In this document: piece after piece, positions 50,370 through 58,297 of the stretch
Layout: each line of letters starts with the position of its first letter
How positions within the stretch are numbered: position 1 is the stretch's first letter
Assembly (NCBI GenBank): GCA_964291415.2
Contig: OZ219918.1
Span: 416,001-480,000, forward strand
DNA length: 64,000 nt
DNA from: Alphaproteobacteria bacterium
GTDB taxonomy: Bacteria; Pseudomonadota; Alphaproteobacteria; SP197
Reading direction: 5' to 3'
Notes under the pieces: generated by a model
What the model saw: the letters and a program-made list of their open reading frames with translations, nothing else
Database searches by the model: none
Told to the model about the DNA's origin: nothing
Position numbers and translations under genes: made by a program

Positions 50370-51542
50370 GTGACACAACTAACGAGAACCGCGGCCGCAC
50401 TGGCCGTCAGTCTGAGTGTCGGGACGGGTGCCGCATTGGCGGAAGGTCTCGACGAATTGCCGGAAGAGATAGTCGCCCGGACCTACAGCTCGGAAATGAT
50501 CGATCCGGCCCAGCCGGTCGAGGCAAGTATCTACCGTGACTGGAAATCACCAAGCGAACCGCCCTGGACGATCGGTTACGCCAGTTCCTATGCCGGTAAC
50601 ACCTGGCGGGCGGCCGTCATGGATCGGCTGATCCAGAGCATTCTGCCCAAGTGGCAGGAACTGGGATTGGTGGACGACGTCTTTGTCACCCAGTCCAACC
50701 TGAACGATTCGGTGCAGATCCAGCAGATGCGCCAGCTTGTTGATCAGGGTGTGGACGCGATCATCGTCTGCTGCTCGAACCCGACAGCACTCAATGCAAC
50801 GGTCAAGTATGCATATGAGCGAGGTGTGCCGACCTTCTCGTTCACCGGTTACCTGACATCACCCTATGCCGTGAACTCGTCAGTGAACTATCAGCTGGCC
50901 GGTTTCGAGATCGGCAAGTGGATGGCCGAAGAGGTTGGCGGTGAAGGAAGCATCCTTGTGGTCGAGGGCATTCCTGGCACTTCCGGTTCTGACTCGCAGC
51001 ACCGCGGCGTCCTGCTCGGTCTCGAGTCATACCCCGACATCGACATTGTCGGCGAGATCGCGGGCATGTGGACAGACCAGGTCGCCCAGGGTGAGGTTCA
51101 GAAGTGGTTGTCCACCAACCCTGGCCAGCTTGACGGCATCGTCGTGCAGTCGGCTGCGGAGATGGGCGTGTTGCGGGCCCTGCAACAATCGGGCCGGGAG
51201 ATGGTTCCTGTGGCGATTGGCGGCGAGCTCGGCGCCCTTTGCTACTGGCGCAAGAACCCTGGCTACATCAGCACGACCTTCCAGGTCTGGCCTCCCGGTG
51301 ATGATTTCGAGCTGATCTGGAACATCATGATGCGGACGCTTCAGGGTCAGGGCCCGAGGGTGCAGTCAATTCTCGTGGATCCATTCGAGTTCACTTATTC
51401 GGATCTCGAGGGTGTCCTCGACGAGAACTGCGACGAGAACTCCCAGCTGTGGCTCGAGGTCGGGCCTGCGGCCTGGGGTGCCGAAGACTATCTCGACCAG
51501 TTCTTCCTGCGTCCCGCAGATCCGACCCAGTACCAGCCCTGA
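50370..51542 (+). CDS. Sugar-type (periplasmic binding protein class I) ABC substrate-binding protein
   Basis: Signal peptide ending AALA; YAGNTWR; QIQQMRQLVDQGVDAIIV; VVEGIPGTSGS. Confidence 0.85.
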   Translation: MTQLTRTAAALAVSLSVGTGAALAEGLDELPEEIVARTYSSEMIDPAQPVEASIYRDWKSPSEPPWTIGYASSYAGNTWRAAVMDRLIQSILPKWQELGLVDDVFVTQSNLNDSVQIQQMRQLVDQGVDAIIVCCSNPTALNATVKYAYERGVPTFSFTGYLTSPYAVNSSVNYQLAGFEIGKWMAEEVGGEGSILVVEGIPGTSGSDSQHRGVLLGLESYPDIDIVGEIAGMWTDQVAQGEVQKWLSTNPGQLDGIVVQSAAEMGVLRALQQSGREMVPVAIGGELGALCYWRKNPGYISTTFQVWPPGDDFELIWNIMMRTLQGQGPRVQSILVDPFEFTYSDLEGVLDENCDENSQLWLEVGPAAWGAEDYLDQFFLRPADPTQYQP

Positions 51543-51584
51543 TCGGGCCGGTTTCGACTGAGGCCGTTTGACTCCGGATCGCTG

Positions 51585-53402
51585 ATGCCTTCCGAAGAAA
51601 CCGTGAGTTCCCAACAGGAGCTCCCCGGCGCCGCCGACCAGATGTCGGCGGCGCCGGCTTTCGTCGATGCGGATATTGTTGTGACCAATGTGCACAAGAC
51701 GTTCGGCGTCACGCGCGCGCTCGACGGAGTTTCCTTCAGTGCACGATGCGGCGAGATTCACGCTATCGTGGGTGGCAACGGTTGCGGCAAATCAACTCTG
51801 GCCAAGGTCATTTCGGGCGTCCTTCCCATCGACAGCGGTCAGGTGTCGGTTCTGGGACATGCACCCGGCAGCCCGCGCGAAGCGCGTCTGGCAGGCATCG
51901 CGACGGTCTTCCAGGAAGTTCTGGTGGCTGACCATCTGACGGTGCTCGACAATCTGTATGTCGGCGCTGACGGTCTCTGGTCCAAATCCCTGTCGTTCCG
52001 CGAAAAGTATGCAAGGGGCGAAGCCTTGATGCGTGACCTCAGCGGGGTTGATATCGACCCTGACGAGATCGTCGGTGGCTTGTCGCTGTCGATCAAGCAG
52101 TGGATCACCATCGGCCGCGCATTGATACAGGAACCCCGCGTCCTCATCCTCGATGAGTCCTCTGCAGCCCTCGATTTCGATTCGACCGAGAAGCTCTTCG
52201 AGAAGATGCGCGAACTGCGCGACAAGGGCGCCGCCGTGCTCATCGTGACCCATCGCATTGCCGAGCTGATTCGCGTATCCGACCGCGCCACGGTGCTGCG
52301 TGACGGGCGCGACGTTGGTGTACTGGCCAAGGAGGAAGTGACCGAACAGAACCTCTTGGGCCTGATGACCGGGAGGAGCCAGTCCACCGAGAGCGACGCC
52401 ACCAACTCGGTGGCGCCGGCCCGCGACGACACCGTGATGAGTGTACGTGGGCTCAAGGTTTGGGAAGGCAGCAAGGGTATCGACTTCGATCTCCACCGTG
52501 GCGAGGTGGTGGGTGTCGCCGGACTCGACGGGCAGGGCCAGGATGAGTTCGTGCGCGTGCTCGCCGGCGTCCAGCCCGCACTCGAAGGCGTACCCCTGGT
52601 GCGCAGTGGGCCCGGCAATCTGGCCGAGCTTCACGGACTTGAGGACGCTGATCGATTCCGTGTCGCCTACGTCTCGGGCGATCGCAAGCAGGAGGGAATC
52701 TTCCCCAACCTCTCGGTTTTCGAGAACCTTGCAATCGCGCTCTATCCCAGGGAACTGAAGACGCGCTTCGGCAATGTTATCGACTGGCCTTCACTGGCCA
52801 GCGTGTTCGAAAACTGGCGCCAGAAGCTCTCCATCAAGATCGGTTTGGCGTCCGACAAGGTCACATCGCTGTCGGGCGGCAATCAGCAGAAGGTGCTGAT
52901 CGGTCGCGCGATGGCCCTCAACCCGAGAATCCTTGTGCTCAACGACCCGGCGCGCGGCATCGACGTTGAGGCCAAGCGCGAACTTTATGATCATCTGCGC
53001 GACTTTGCCGCCCGAGGCGAATCCGTGGTCTTCATGTCGAGCGAACTTGAGGAGTTCATTGGACTTTGCACGCGCGTGATCGTGTTCCGTCATGGCGAGA
53101 TCTTCGACGCGTTCGCTGGCGACGACATCGAGCCGGCGCGCCTCCTCGAGGCCATGTTCGGCCAGACCTCCGGTCGTGGGGCCCGCCTTGCCGCGGGCGC
53201 GGATTCGGGACCAGCCGTTGTGGACAGTGATCCTGTGCCAGAGTCCGAGCGGGAAGCGCCGCGCAGGCAACATCGACCTCGGCCAGATGCAATCCGGATC
53301 ATTGACTTCGATGCCGAACGCAGGGAGCACCGCAGTCAGGGTGCAGTGGACACTCGGCAACCTGCGGAAAAGCGCATGAAGATAGTCTATTCGGACGGCT
53401 GA
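51585..53402 (+). CDS. CUT2-type tandem ABC ATPase with a C-terminal extension
   Basis: GGNGCGKST; VFQE; LDES; second half LSGGNQQK; about 80 extra aa after the last conserved helix. Confidence 0.92.
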   Translation: MPSEETVSSQQELPGAADQMSAAPAFVDADIVVTNVHKTFGVTRALDGVSFSARCGEIHAIVGGNGCGKSTLAKVISGVLPIDSGQVSVLGHAPGSPREARLAGIATVFQEVLVADHLTVLDNLYVGADGLWSKSLSFREKYARGEALMRDLSGVDIDPDEIVGGLSLSIKQWITIGRALIQEPRVLILDESSAALDFDSTEKLFEKMRELRDKGAAVLIVTHRIAELIRVSDRATVLRDGRDVGVLAKEEVTEQNLLGLMTGRSQSTESDATNSVAPARDDTVMSVRGLKVWEGSKGIDFDLHRGEVVGVAGLDGQGQDEFVRVLAGVQPALEGVPLVRSGPGNLAELHGLEDADRFRVAYVSGDRKQEGIFPNLSVFENLAIALYPRELKTRFGNVIDWPSLASVFENWRQKLSIKIGLASDKVTSLSGGNQQKVLIGRAMALNPRILVLNDPARGIDVEAKRELYDHLRDFAARGESVVFMSSELEEFIGLCTRVIVFRHGEIFDAFAGDDIEPARLLEAMFGQTSGRGARLAAGADSGPAVVDSDPVPESEREAPRRQHRPRPDAIRIIDFDAERREHRSQGAVDTRQPAEKRMKIVYSDG

Positions 53403-53413
53403 GGGCGGGAGCG

Positions 53414-53770
53414 ATGGAAATGAAGCGCATGAAGATCGTGGAGTTTGATGACGAGGGAAGGCCGGTCGAACGGCAGGGACCGACTGCATCTCCGCGCGTG
53501 ACGTCGGAATGCAGCGGGCCGGTCAGGATCGTGGCCTTTGGTGATGAACCCGAGGACAACCTCGGCGTGGAGACTGCACCGGACGCGCCGAAGATAAAGA
53601 TCAGGGAGTTTGATGGCGCTGGCGCGCCGAGACCGGCGGGTGAGCCAATGCGCTTTCGTATCCCGTCGGAAAAGAGCATCAGGGTTGTCGAGTTCGATGA
53701 CGACGGCAAGCCCAGGCGGCGCGAGAATGGTTCGGGTGCGCGTGGCATCAAGATTGTCGAGTTTGACTGA
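53414..53770 (+). CDS. Small hypothetical repeat protein ([IMV][KR][IV]x[EA]F[DG] five times)
   Basis: GGGAG RBS; repeats MKIVEFD, VRIVAFG, IKIREFD, IRVVEFD, IKIVEFD; lies inside the operon. Confidence 0.75.
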   Translation: MEMKRMKIVEFDDEGRPVERQGPTASPRVTSECSGPVRIVAFGDEPEDNLGVETAPDAPKIKIREFDGAGAPRPAGEPMRFRIPSEKSIRVVEFDDDGKPRRRENGSGARGIKIVEFD

Positions 53771-53821
53771 GCATCTGCCTTCCGGCCGGCGGGAAGGAAT
53801 GCGGAAAAGGGAAGGGCGAGC

Positions 53822-56044
53822 ATGAGCGAAACCGACGTCAGACGTCCGTCCTCGTCGGCCCATTCGTTTCTCATGGTGCCGATCATTCTGCTGTTCGTGC
53901 TGATCGTGGTCGCCGTACTCAGAAGTCCCAGTCTGGTAACGGGGCCGGGTCTGGGCAGCGCTGTCATTGTCGCTGCGCCGCTGATCCTGGCGACCTACGC
54001 GCTGACTGTTATCGTGATGGCGGGCCGTGGCGGCGTCGATCTTTCGATAGGACCGCTCATCGGTTTCATCAACGTCACCATGATTCAGCTTCATGCGGTC
54101 GGGGTCGTGACGTCGGTGGTCGATGTTTTCCTGTACGCGATTGCCGTGGGCATCGCCTATCAGCTGATCATGGGACTGATCATCTGTTACGTGCGGATTC
54201 AGCCCATTATCGTGGCGCTGGCAGGCTTTCTGACACTTGCGGGGCTCAATCTCGTCATACTGCCGCGGCCAGGCGGAGTCGCACCGCAGTGGATGAGTTC
54301 CTGGGCTCTGGGCGAGTCGATCTGGACACCTGTGCTGGCGATTCTCGCCGTCGCGACTGCCGCTTGGTTCCTGTTCACGCGCACCGCCTTTTTCAACCAT
54401 CTGCGCATCATGGGCGCGGACGAGAGAACTGCCTACACAGCGGGCGTCAACATCGTCGTCGTGCGGCTGGGCGCACATGTCGTCGCGGGAGTCTATGCCG
54501 GACTTGCGGCAATCTGTTTCACGTCGTTGATCAGTTCCGGAGACCCGACTCAGGGCAGCACCTATACGCTGATGGCCGTGACAGCGCTCGTTCTGGGCGG
54601 CACGAGCCTGGCCGGCGGACGCGGCAGTATCATCGGATCGCTGTTGGGGGCGCTGAACATCTATCTCATCACCTATGTGCTCGCGACGTTCAACTTCGGC
54701 ATGGTGCAGAGCTTTGTCACCCAGCTCGCCTATGGCGTGATTCTGGTTGTTGCCTTGCTGCTCACGATTCTTCTTCCACAGATCCAGCGCGCCATGCGTT
54801 ACGTGTCGCCCTATGTCGTGTTCGCTTTCCTCGGTCTCACCGCCGCCGGAGCGATGCTCTATGCCCAGGACGTCGTGCTCGAGACCGTTGGAACGTCGCT
54901 CGCCGGGACCTCGCTGAGCGGCCAGTCGCTCAGCGGGCAGTCTCTCAGTGGAACCTCGTTGAGTGGCACGTCCCTGACGACTCAGGCCGAAGCGCCTGCC
55001 GATCCTACCGGTACACCCATCGTCGTCGCGGCGGTGGTGATCGCTGCAGCGGTTTACCTTATCTGGCTGCTTTACAGGCATCTGAATTTCGCGACCGTCG
55101 CTCTGATTGGCGTCGTTTCACTAATCGTATTGGGCTATGCGGTCCATGATGGAGGCATACCCGAGCAGCGCTCCGTGGAGATGGTCGGCAACTGGGCGAT
55201 GGAAAAGGCACAGACCCCGTTCGTACTAGGTGCCGAGAAGCCACCTGAACCGGCAGTGCAGGTGCTGTCATTCGAGGAGTCACCGCTTTTCGGTGCGGCA
55301 CTGGCGGGTGCCGGGACGCTGGTTCTCGGCACCATTCTGATCTTCACGACGGTGCCACAGATACAGCAGCGGAGGGTCGGTGAAAACTCGCTGCTTTTCA
55401 TGTCTGTCGTCGGCTTGATCATAGCCGCGGGATTGATCTACTGGCTGCAGGATGGCGCTGGAGCAAGCAAGCTGTTCGCGGGTGCGCTCGGTGCGCTGGT
55501 TGTAGGCGCCATGCTTTTCGTGGTGACGCTCCCCCGGTTCCAGGACCGCATCCGGAACATCACCATGGTGATGGTGACGCTGATTGCGCTCGTGGCGCTG
55601 ATCAGCACGTTCCTTGCAAATGTTCCGCCCCTGTCGACGAGTCCTGTGCCGCTGTTGACCGCAGCGGCTCCTGAACCTCTGGAAGCGGCCGCACTGTCAA
55701 ACGGCTTTTTCCTTGCAGTCGTACTGCTTCTTGTCGCGGGCGTGACCCTCTATCTTCTGGTGATTCCGGGCGTGCGTCGCCACGTCATGTCGAACGTGCC
55801 GCTTGGCGCAGGGATCCGTTCCTACTCCTACACCACGTTGTTTGTTTCGGTCAGCGCCACGGCCTTCGCTTGTGCGGTGCTGATGGTTGCAGGTGCGCCG
55901 TTGTGGAAAGTCGTGGTCGCCGCACTTGCCGTGCTGATAGCAACCAAGTTCGGTTACCACTTCTTGCGTGATTACCGGCGCAGGCGCCCAACCGTGCCTC
56001 GTCTCAAGACACCGCGAGCCCTTCGGGTGTCGAGGAGGGTCTGA
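53822..56044 (+). CDS. Sugar-type ABC permease with a C-terminal multi-transmembrane extension of about 400 aa
   Basis: GGVDLSIG, IQPIIVAL, GADERTAYTAGV and LGGTSLAGGRG core motifs in the first ~320 aa; 740 aa in total. Confidence 0.88.
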   Translation: MSETDVRRPSSSAHSFLMVPIILLFVLIVVAVLRSPSLVTGPGLGSAVIVAAPLILATYALTVIVMAGRGGVDLSIGPLIGFINVTMIQLHAVGVVTSVVDVFLYAIAVGIAYQLIMGLIICYVRIQPIIVALAGFLTLAGLNLVILPRPGGVAPQWMSSWALGESIWTPVLAILAVATAAWFLFTRTAFFNHLRIMGADERTAYTAGVNIVVVRLGAHVVAGVYAGLAAICFTSLISSGDPTQGSTYTLMAVTALVLGGTSLAGGRGSIIGSLLGALNIYLITYVLATFNFGMVQSFVTQLAYGVILVVALLLTILLPQIQRAMRYVSPYVVFAFLGLTAAGAMLYAQDVVLETVGTSLAGTSLSGQSLSGQSLSGTSLSGTSLTTQAEAPADPTGTPIVVAAVVIAAAVYLIWLLYRHLNFATVALIGVVSLIVLGYAVHDGGIPEQRSVEMVGNWAMEKAQTPFVLGAEKPPEPAVQVLSFEESPLFGAALAGAGTLVLGTILIFTTVPQIQQRRVGENSLLFMSVVGLIIAAGLIYWLQDGAGASKLFAGALGALVVGAMLFVVTLPRFQDRIRNITMVMVTLIALVALISTFLANVPPLSTSPVPLLTAAAPEPLEAAALSNGFFLAVVLLLVAGVTLYLLVIPGVRRHVMSNVPLGAGIRSYSYTTLFVSVSATAFACAVLMVAGAPLWKVVVAALAVLIATKFGYHFLRDYRRRRPTVPRLKTPRALRVSRRV
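54890..54979 (+). repeat. Coding 15-bp (5-aa) tandem repeat, six copies of G[TQ]SL[AST]
   Basis: GTSLA GTSLS GQSLS GQSLS GTSLS GTSLT; synonymous codons differ between units. Confidence 0.95.
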
Positions 56045-57468
56045 TGAAGCCCACACAGCACCGCTTCTACAAGTGGCTCGGGTTCCTCTTCGCGCTCCTG
56101 GTTGCCGGCGGCAGCGTGATTCTCGGAATCGTCGAGGAGATTGAAGCCCAGTACATTCTGTTCTCGGCGATCGCCACCTTCGCCATCGTGCTGTGGGCTT
56201 GGCATCACTTCTCGGTCCGCTGGGTCTACGATCTCGACGGCATGGCGCTCGATAGCATGAGCCGGGAGAATCGGGGATCGTCGGAAGAGCCGTCCGAAGT
56301 GCCGCATCACGAGCAAAGCACGGGCCGCTACGTGCGATTCCTCGCGCTCGAATACAAGCACATCATCATCGGTTTCCTGATTTTGCTTGGGTTGTTCCTG
56401 ATTGTCGCCTTCTCGGTGGAGGATTTCTGGACCTGGAACAACATCATCGCTTCTGTCGTCGTGGCGGTGTTCATCGGCATCGCCTTCATGCTCAATCGAA
56501 CGGTCTCCGAGAACTCGTCAGCCTTCATCGGCGTCACGGTCCTGCTTGGTCTTTTCATTGTCGGCTCGCTTGTCGTCGACGGCTTCTTCTCGGCGATCAA
56601 CATCAAGTCAATGCTGGTCTTTGCATCCTTTCTCGGGCTTGCATGCGTCGGTCAGACACTTGTTGTCCTGCTGGGTGGGCTGGATCTCTCGATTCCCTTC
56701 GTCATCGGTTCAGCCAACGTAGCGTTGCTCTATCTCCTGGGGCTCGGCGTGCCGTCCTGGTTCGCGGTGATCGCGATCCTGATCCTCGGGGCCATCATCG
56801 GGGTCATCAACGGCCTCCTCAGTTTTCGACTGCAGGGCCAGGCACTGATCGTCACGCTCGGTGTGGGCTTTGCGGTCGCAGGTGGCACGCAGATTCTGAC
56901 AAGCATCGGTACACGCTATTCGGGCAACGTCTTCGGCGTGGTGCCCGAGTGGCTCACCAATATCGCAGCGATGAATGGACGCACCTTCGGGCTCGACTTT
57001 CCGCCGGTGATCGTGATCTGGATCGCTGCGGCAATCTTGCTCACCATCGCGATGCGCAACACGGTCTTTGGGCGCAGGCTCTATGCGCTGGGTGGCAGCC
57101 GCAGAGCGGCCAGGCGTCTATCGATCTCGGAGCGCAATTACTGGATTGCGGTCTACGGAGCATCGGGCTGCATCGCGGCGATGACTGGAGCCCTGCTGCT
57201 GGGCTGGTCGGGTGGCGGCTTCATCGGTGTCGGGGATCCTTACCTCTTCATGACACTTGCTGCTGTGGTGATTGGTGGCACCTCGCTCCTGGGCGGCTGG
57301 GGCGGTTATGGCTTCACCGTAATCGGTGTGCTCGTACTGCAGGTGCTGTCGTCCTTTCTGGTCGGCATCGGCCTGTCCTTCGAGGGCCAGCAGTTCGTTT
57401 TCGGCCTGCTGATCCTGCCCATGGTCGCCATGTATGCCCGCTCGCCGCACATTCGAACACAGATCTGA
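56044..57468 (+). CDS. Sugar-type ABC permease with an N-terminal multi-transmembrane extension of about 150 aa
   Basis: GQTLVVLLGGLDLS; IVTLG; FGRRLYALG; IGGTSLLGG; 474 aa. Confidence 0.88.
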   Translation: MKPTQHRFYKWLGFLFALLVAGGSVILGIVEEIEAQYILFSAIATFAIVLWAWHHFSVRWVYDLDGMALDSMSRENRGSSEEPSEVPHHEQSTGRYVRFLALEYKHIIIGFLILLGLFLIVAFSVEDFWTWNNIIASVVVAVFIGIAFMLNRTVSENSSAFIGVTVLLGLFIVGSLVVDGFFSAINIKSMLVFASFLGLACVGQTLVVLLGGLDLSIPFVIGSANVALLYLLGLGVPSWFAVIAILILGAIIGVINGLLSFRLQGQALIVTLGVGFAVAGGTQILTSIGTRYSGNVFGVVPEWLTNIAAMNGRTFGLDFPPVIVIWIAAAILLTIAMRNTVFGRRLYALGGSRRAARRLSISERNYWIAVYGASGCIAAMTGALLLGWSGGGFIGVGDPYLFMTLAAVVIGGTSLLGGWGGYGFTVIGVLVLQVLSSFLVGIGLSFEGQQFVFGLLILPMVAMYARSPHIRTQI

Positions 57469-57513
57469 ACGAGGCAGGTATGACATCAGGACGCCCTATC
57501 GAGGAACGACACC

Positions 57514-58236
57514 ATGAGTGAGATGCTGCAACCAAATGACATCGTCGGCATGTCATTCTGGCTCATGACCCTCGCCATGGCGGGTGCGGCAGCATTCTTC
57601 CTGCTGGAGCGTCGTCGCGTGGAGCGCCGCTGGCAGGCGGCGCTGACCACGCTCGGCGTCGCCATGCTGGTCTCGGCACTGAGCTATGTGAATCTCGCGG
57701 GCGTCTGGGCAGGCAAGGGCGAAGTGTCGACGATTTACCGTTTCGCCGAGTGGCAGCTGACGGTGCCGCTCCTTACAGTGACCTTCTACCTGGTGCTGTG
57801 TGCGGTGACGAAGGTTCCAGCAGCATTGTTCTGGCGCCTTCTGGTGGCCTCGGGTGTACTCACGGCTGCGGGTTACCTCGGTTCGGCGGGCTTCGTCAGC
57901 CCAACACTGGGCTTCCTCGTTGCGCTCGCCGGCGGTCTCTACATCCTGGGCGAAATCTACCTTGGCGAGGCGGGAAGGCTCAATGCCAACAGCGGCAATC
58001 AGAAGGCCCAGACCGCGTTCAGCGCGATGCGCCTTATCGCAACCATCGGCTGGGCGATCTATCCGCTGGGCTACTTCATGGAGTACCTGGGCGGCGGCGT
58101 CGACAATGAAGCGATCAATCTGATCTACAACCTCGCTGATTTTCTCAACAAGCTCGCATTTGGCCTCATCGTCTGGCAGGCCGCGGCGAACGACAGGGAA
58201 GCGGACGGAAATCGCTCGCCGCTGTCAGGCGCATGA
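57514..58236 (+). CDS. Proteorhodopsin-family microbial rhodopsin, flotillin-associated type, ETT motif
   Basis: Seven transmembrane segments; SFWL...FFLLER; YRFAEWQLTVPLL; GWAIYPLGY; YNLADFLNK with Schiff-base Lys213. Confidence 0.92.
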   Translation: MSEMLQPNDIVGMSFWLMTLAMAGAAAFFLLERRRVERRWQAALTTLGVAMLVSALSYVNLAGVWAGKGEVSTIYRFAEWQLTVPLLTVTFYLVLCAVTKVPAALFWRLLVASGVLTAAGYLGSAGFVSPTLGFLVALAGGLYILGEIYLGEAGRLNANSGNQKAQTAFSAMRLIATIGWAIYPLGYFMEYLGGGVDNEAINLIYNLADFLNKLAFGLIVWQAAANDREADGNRSPLSGA

Positions 58237-58297
58237 GCGGACAAAGAAACAAGAGATCCGTGAACCGCGATGTGGGGCGCAGAAGGGGAGTTGAAGC

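Noticed and set aside
52500-52960. Degenerate second Walker A (GLDGQGQ) and Walker B (LNDP) in the ABC ATPase
   Set aside because: One degenerate nucleotide-binding site is normal for CUT2 tandem ATPases; not evidence of a pseudogene
53395-53416. Stop-codon readthrough fusing the ATPase to the repeat protein
   Set aside because: The two ORFs are in different frames and the second has its own RBS and ATG
54890-54979. Tandem repeat as a CRISPR array or phase-variable tract
   Set aside because: No spacers or cas genes; the unit is in-frame (15 bp) and synonymously diverged
57514-58236. Ordinary proton-pumping proteorhodopsin for phototrophy
   Set aside because: Lacks the carboxylic proton donor and the His75 equivalent, and no retinal biosynthesis genes are adjacent
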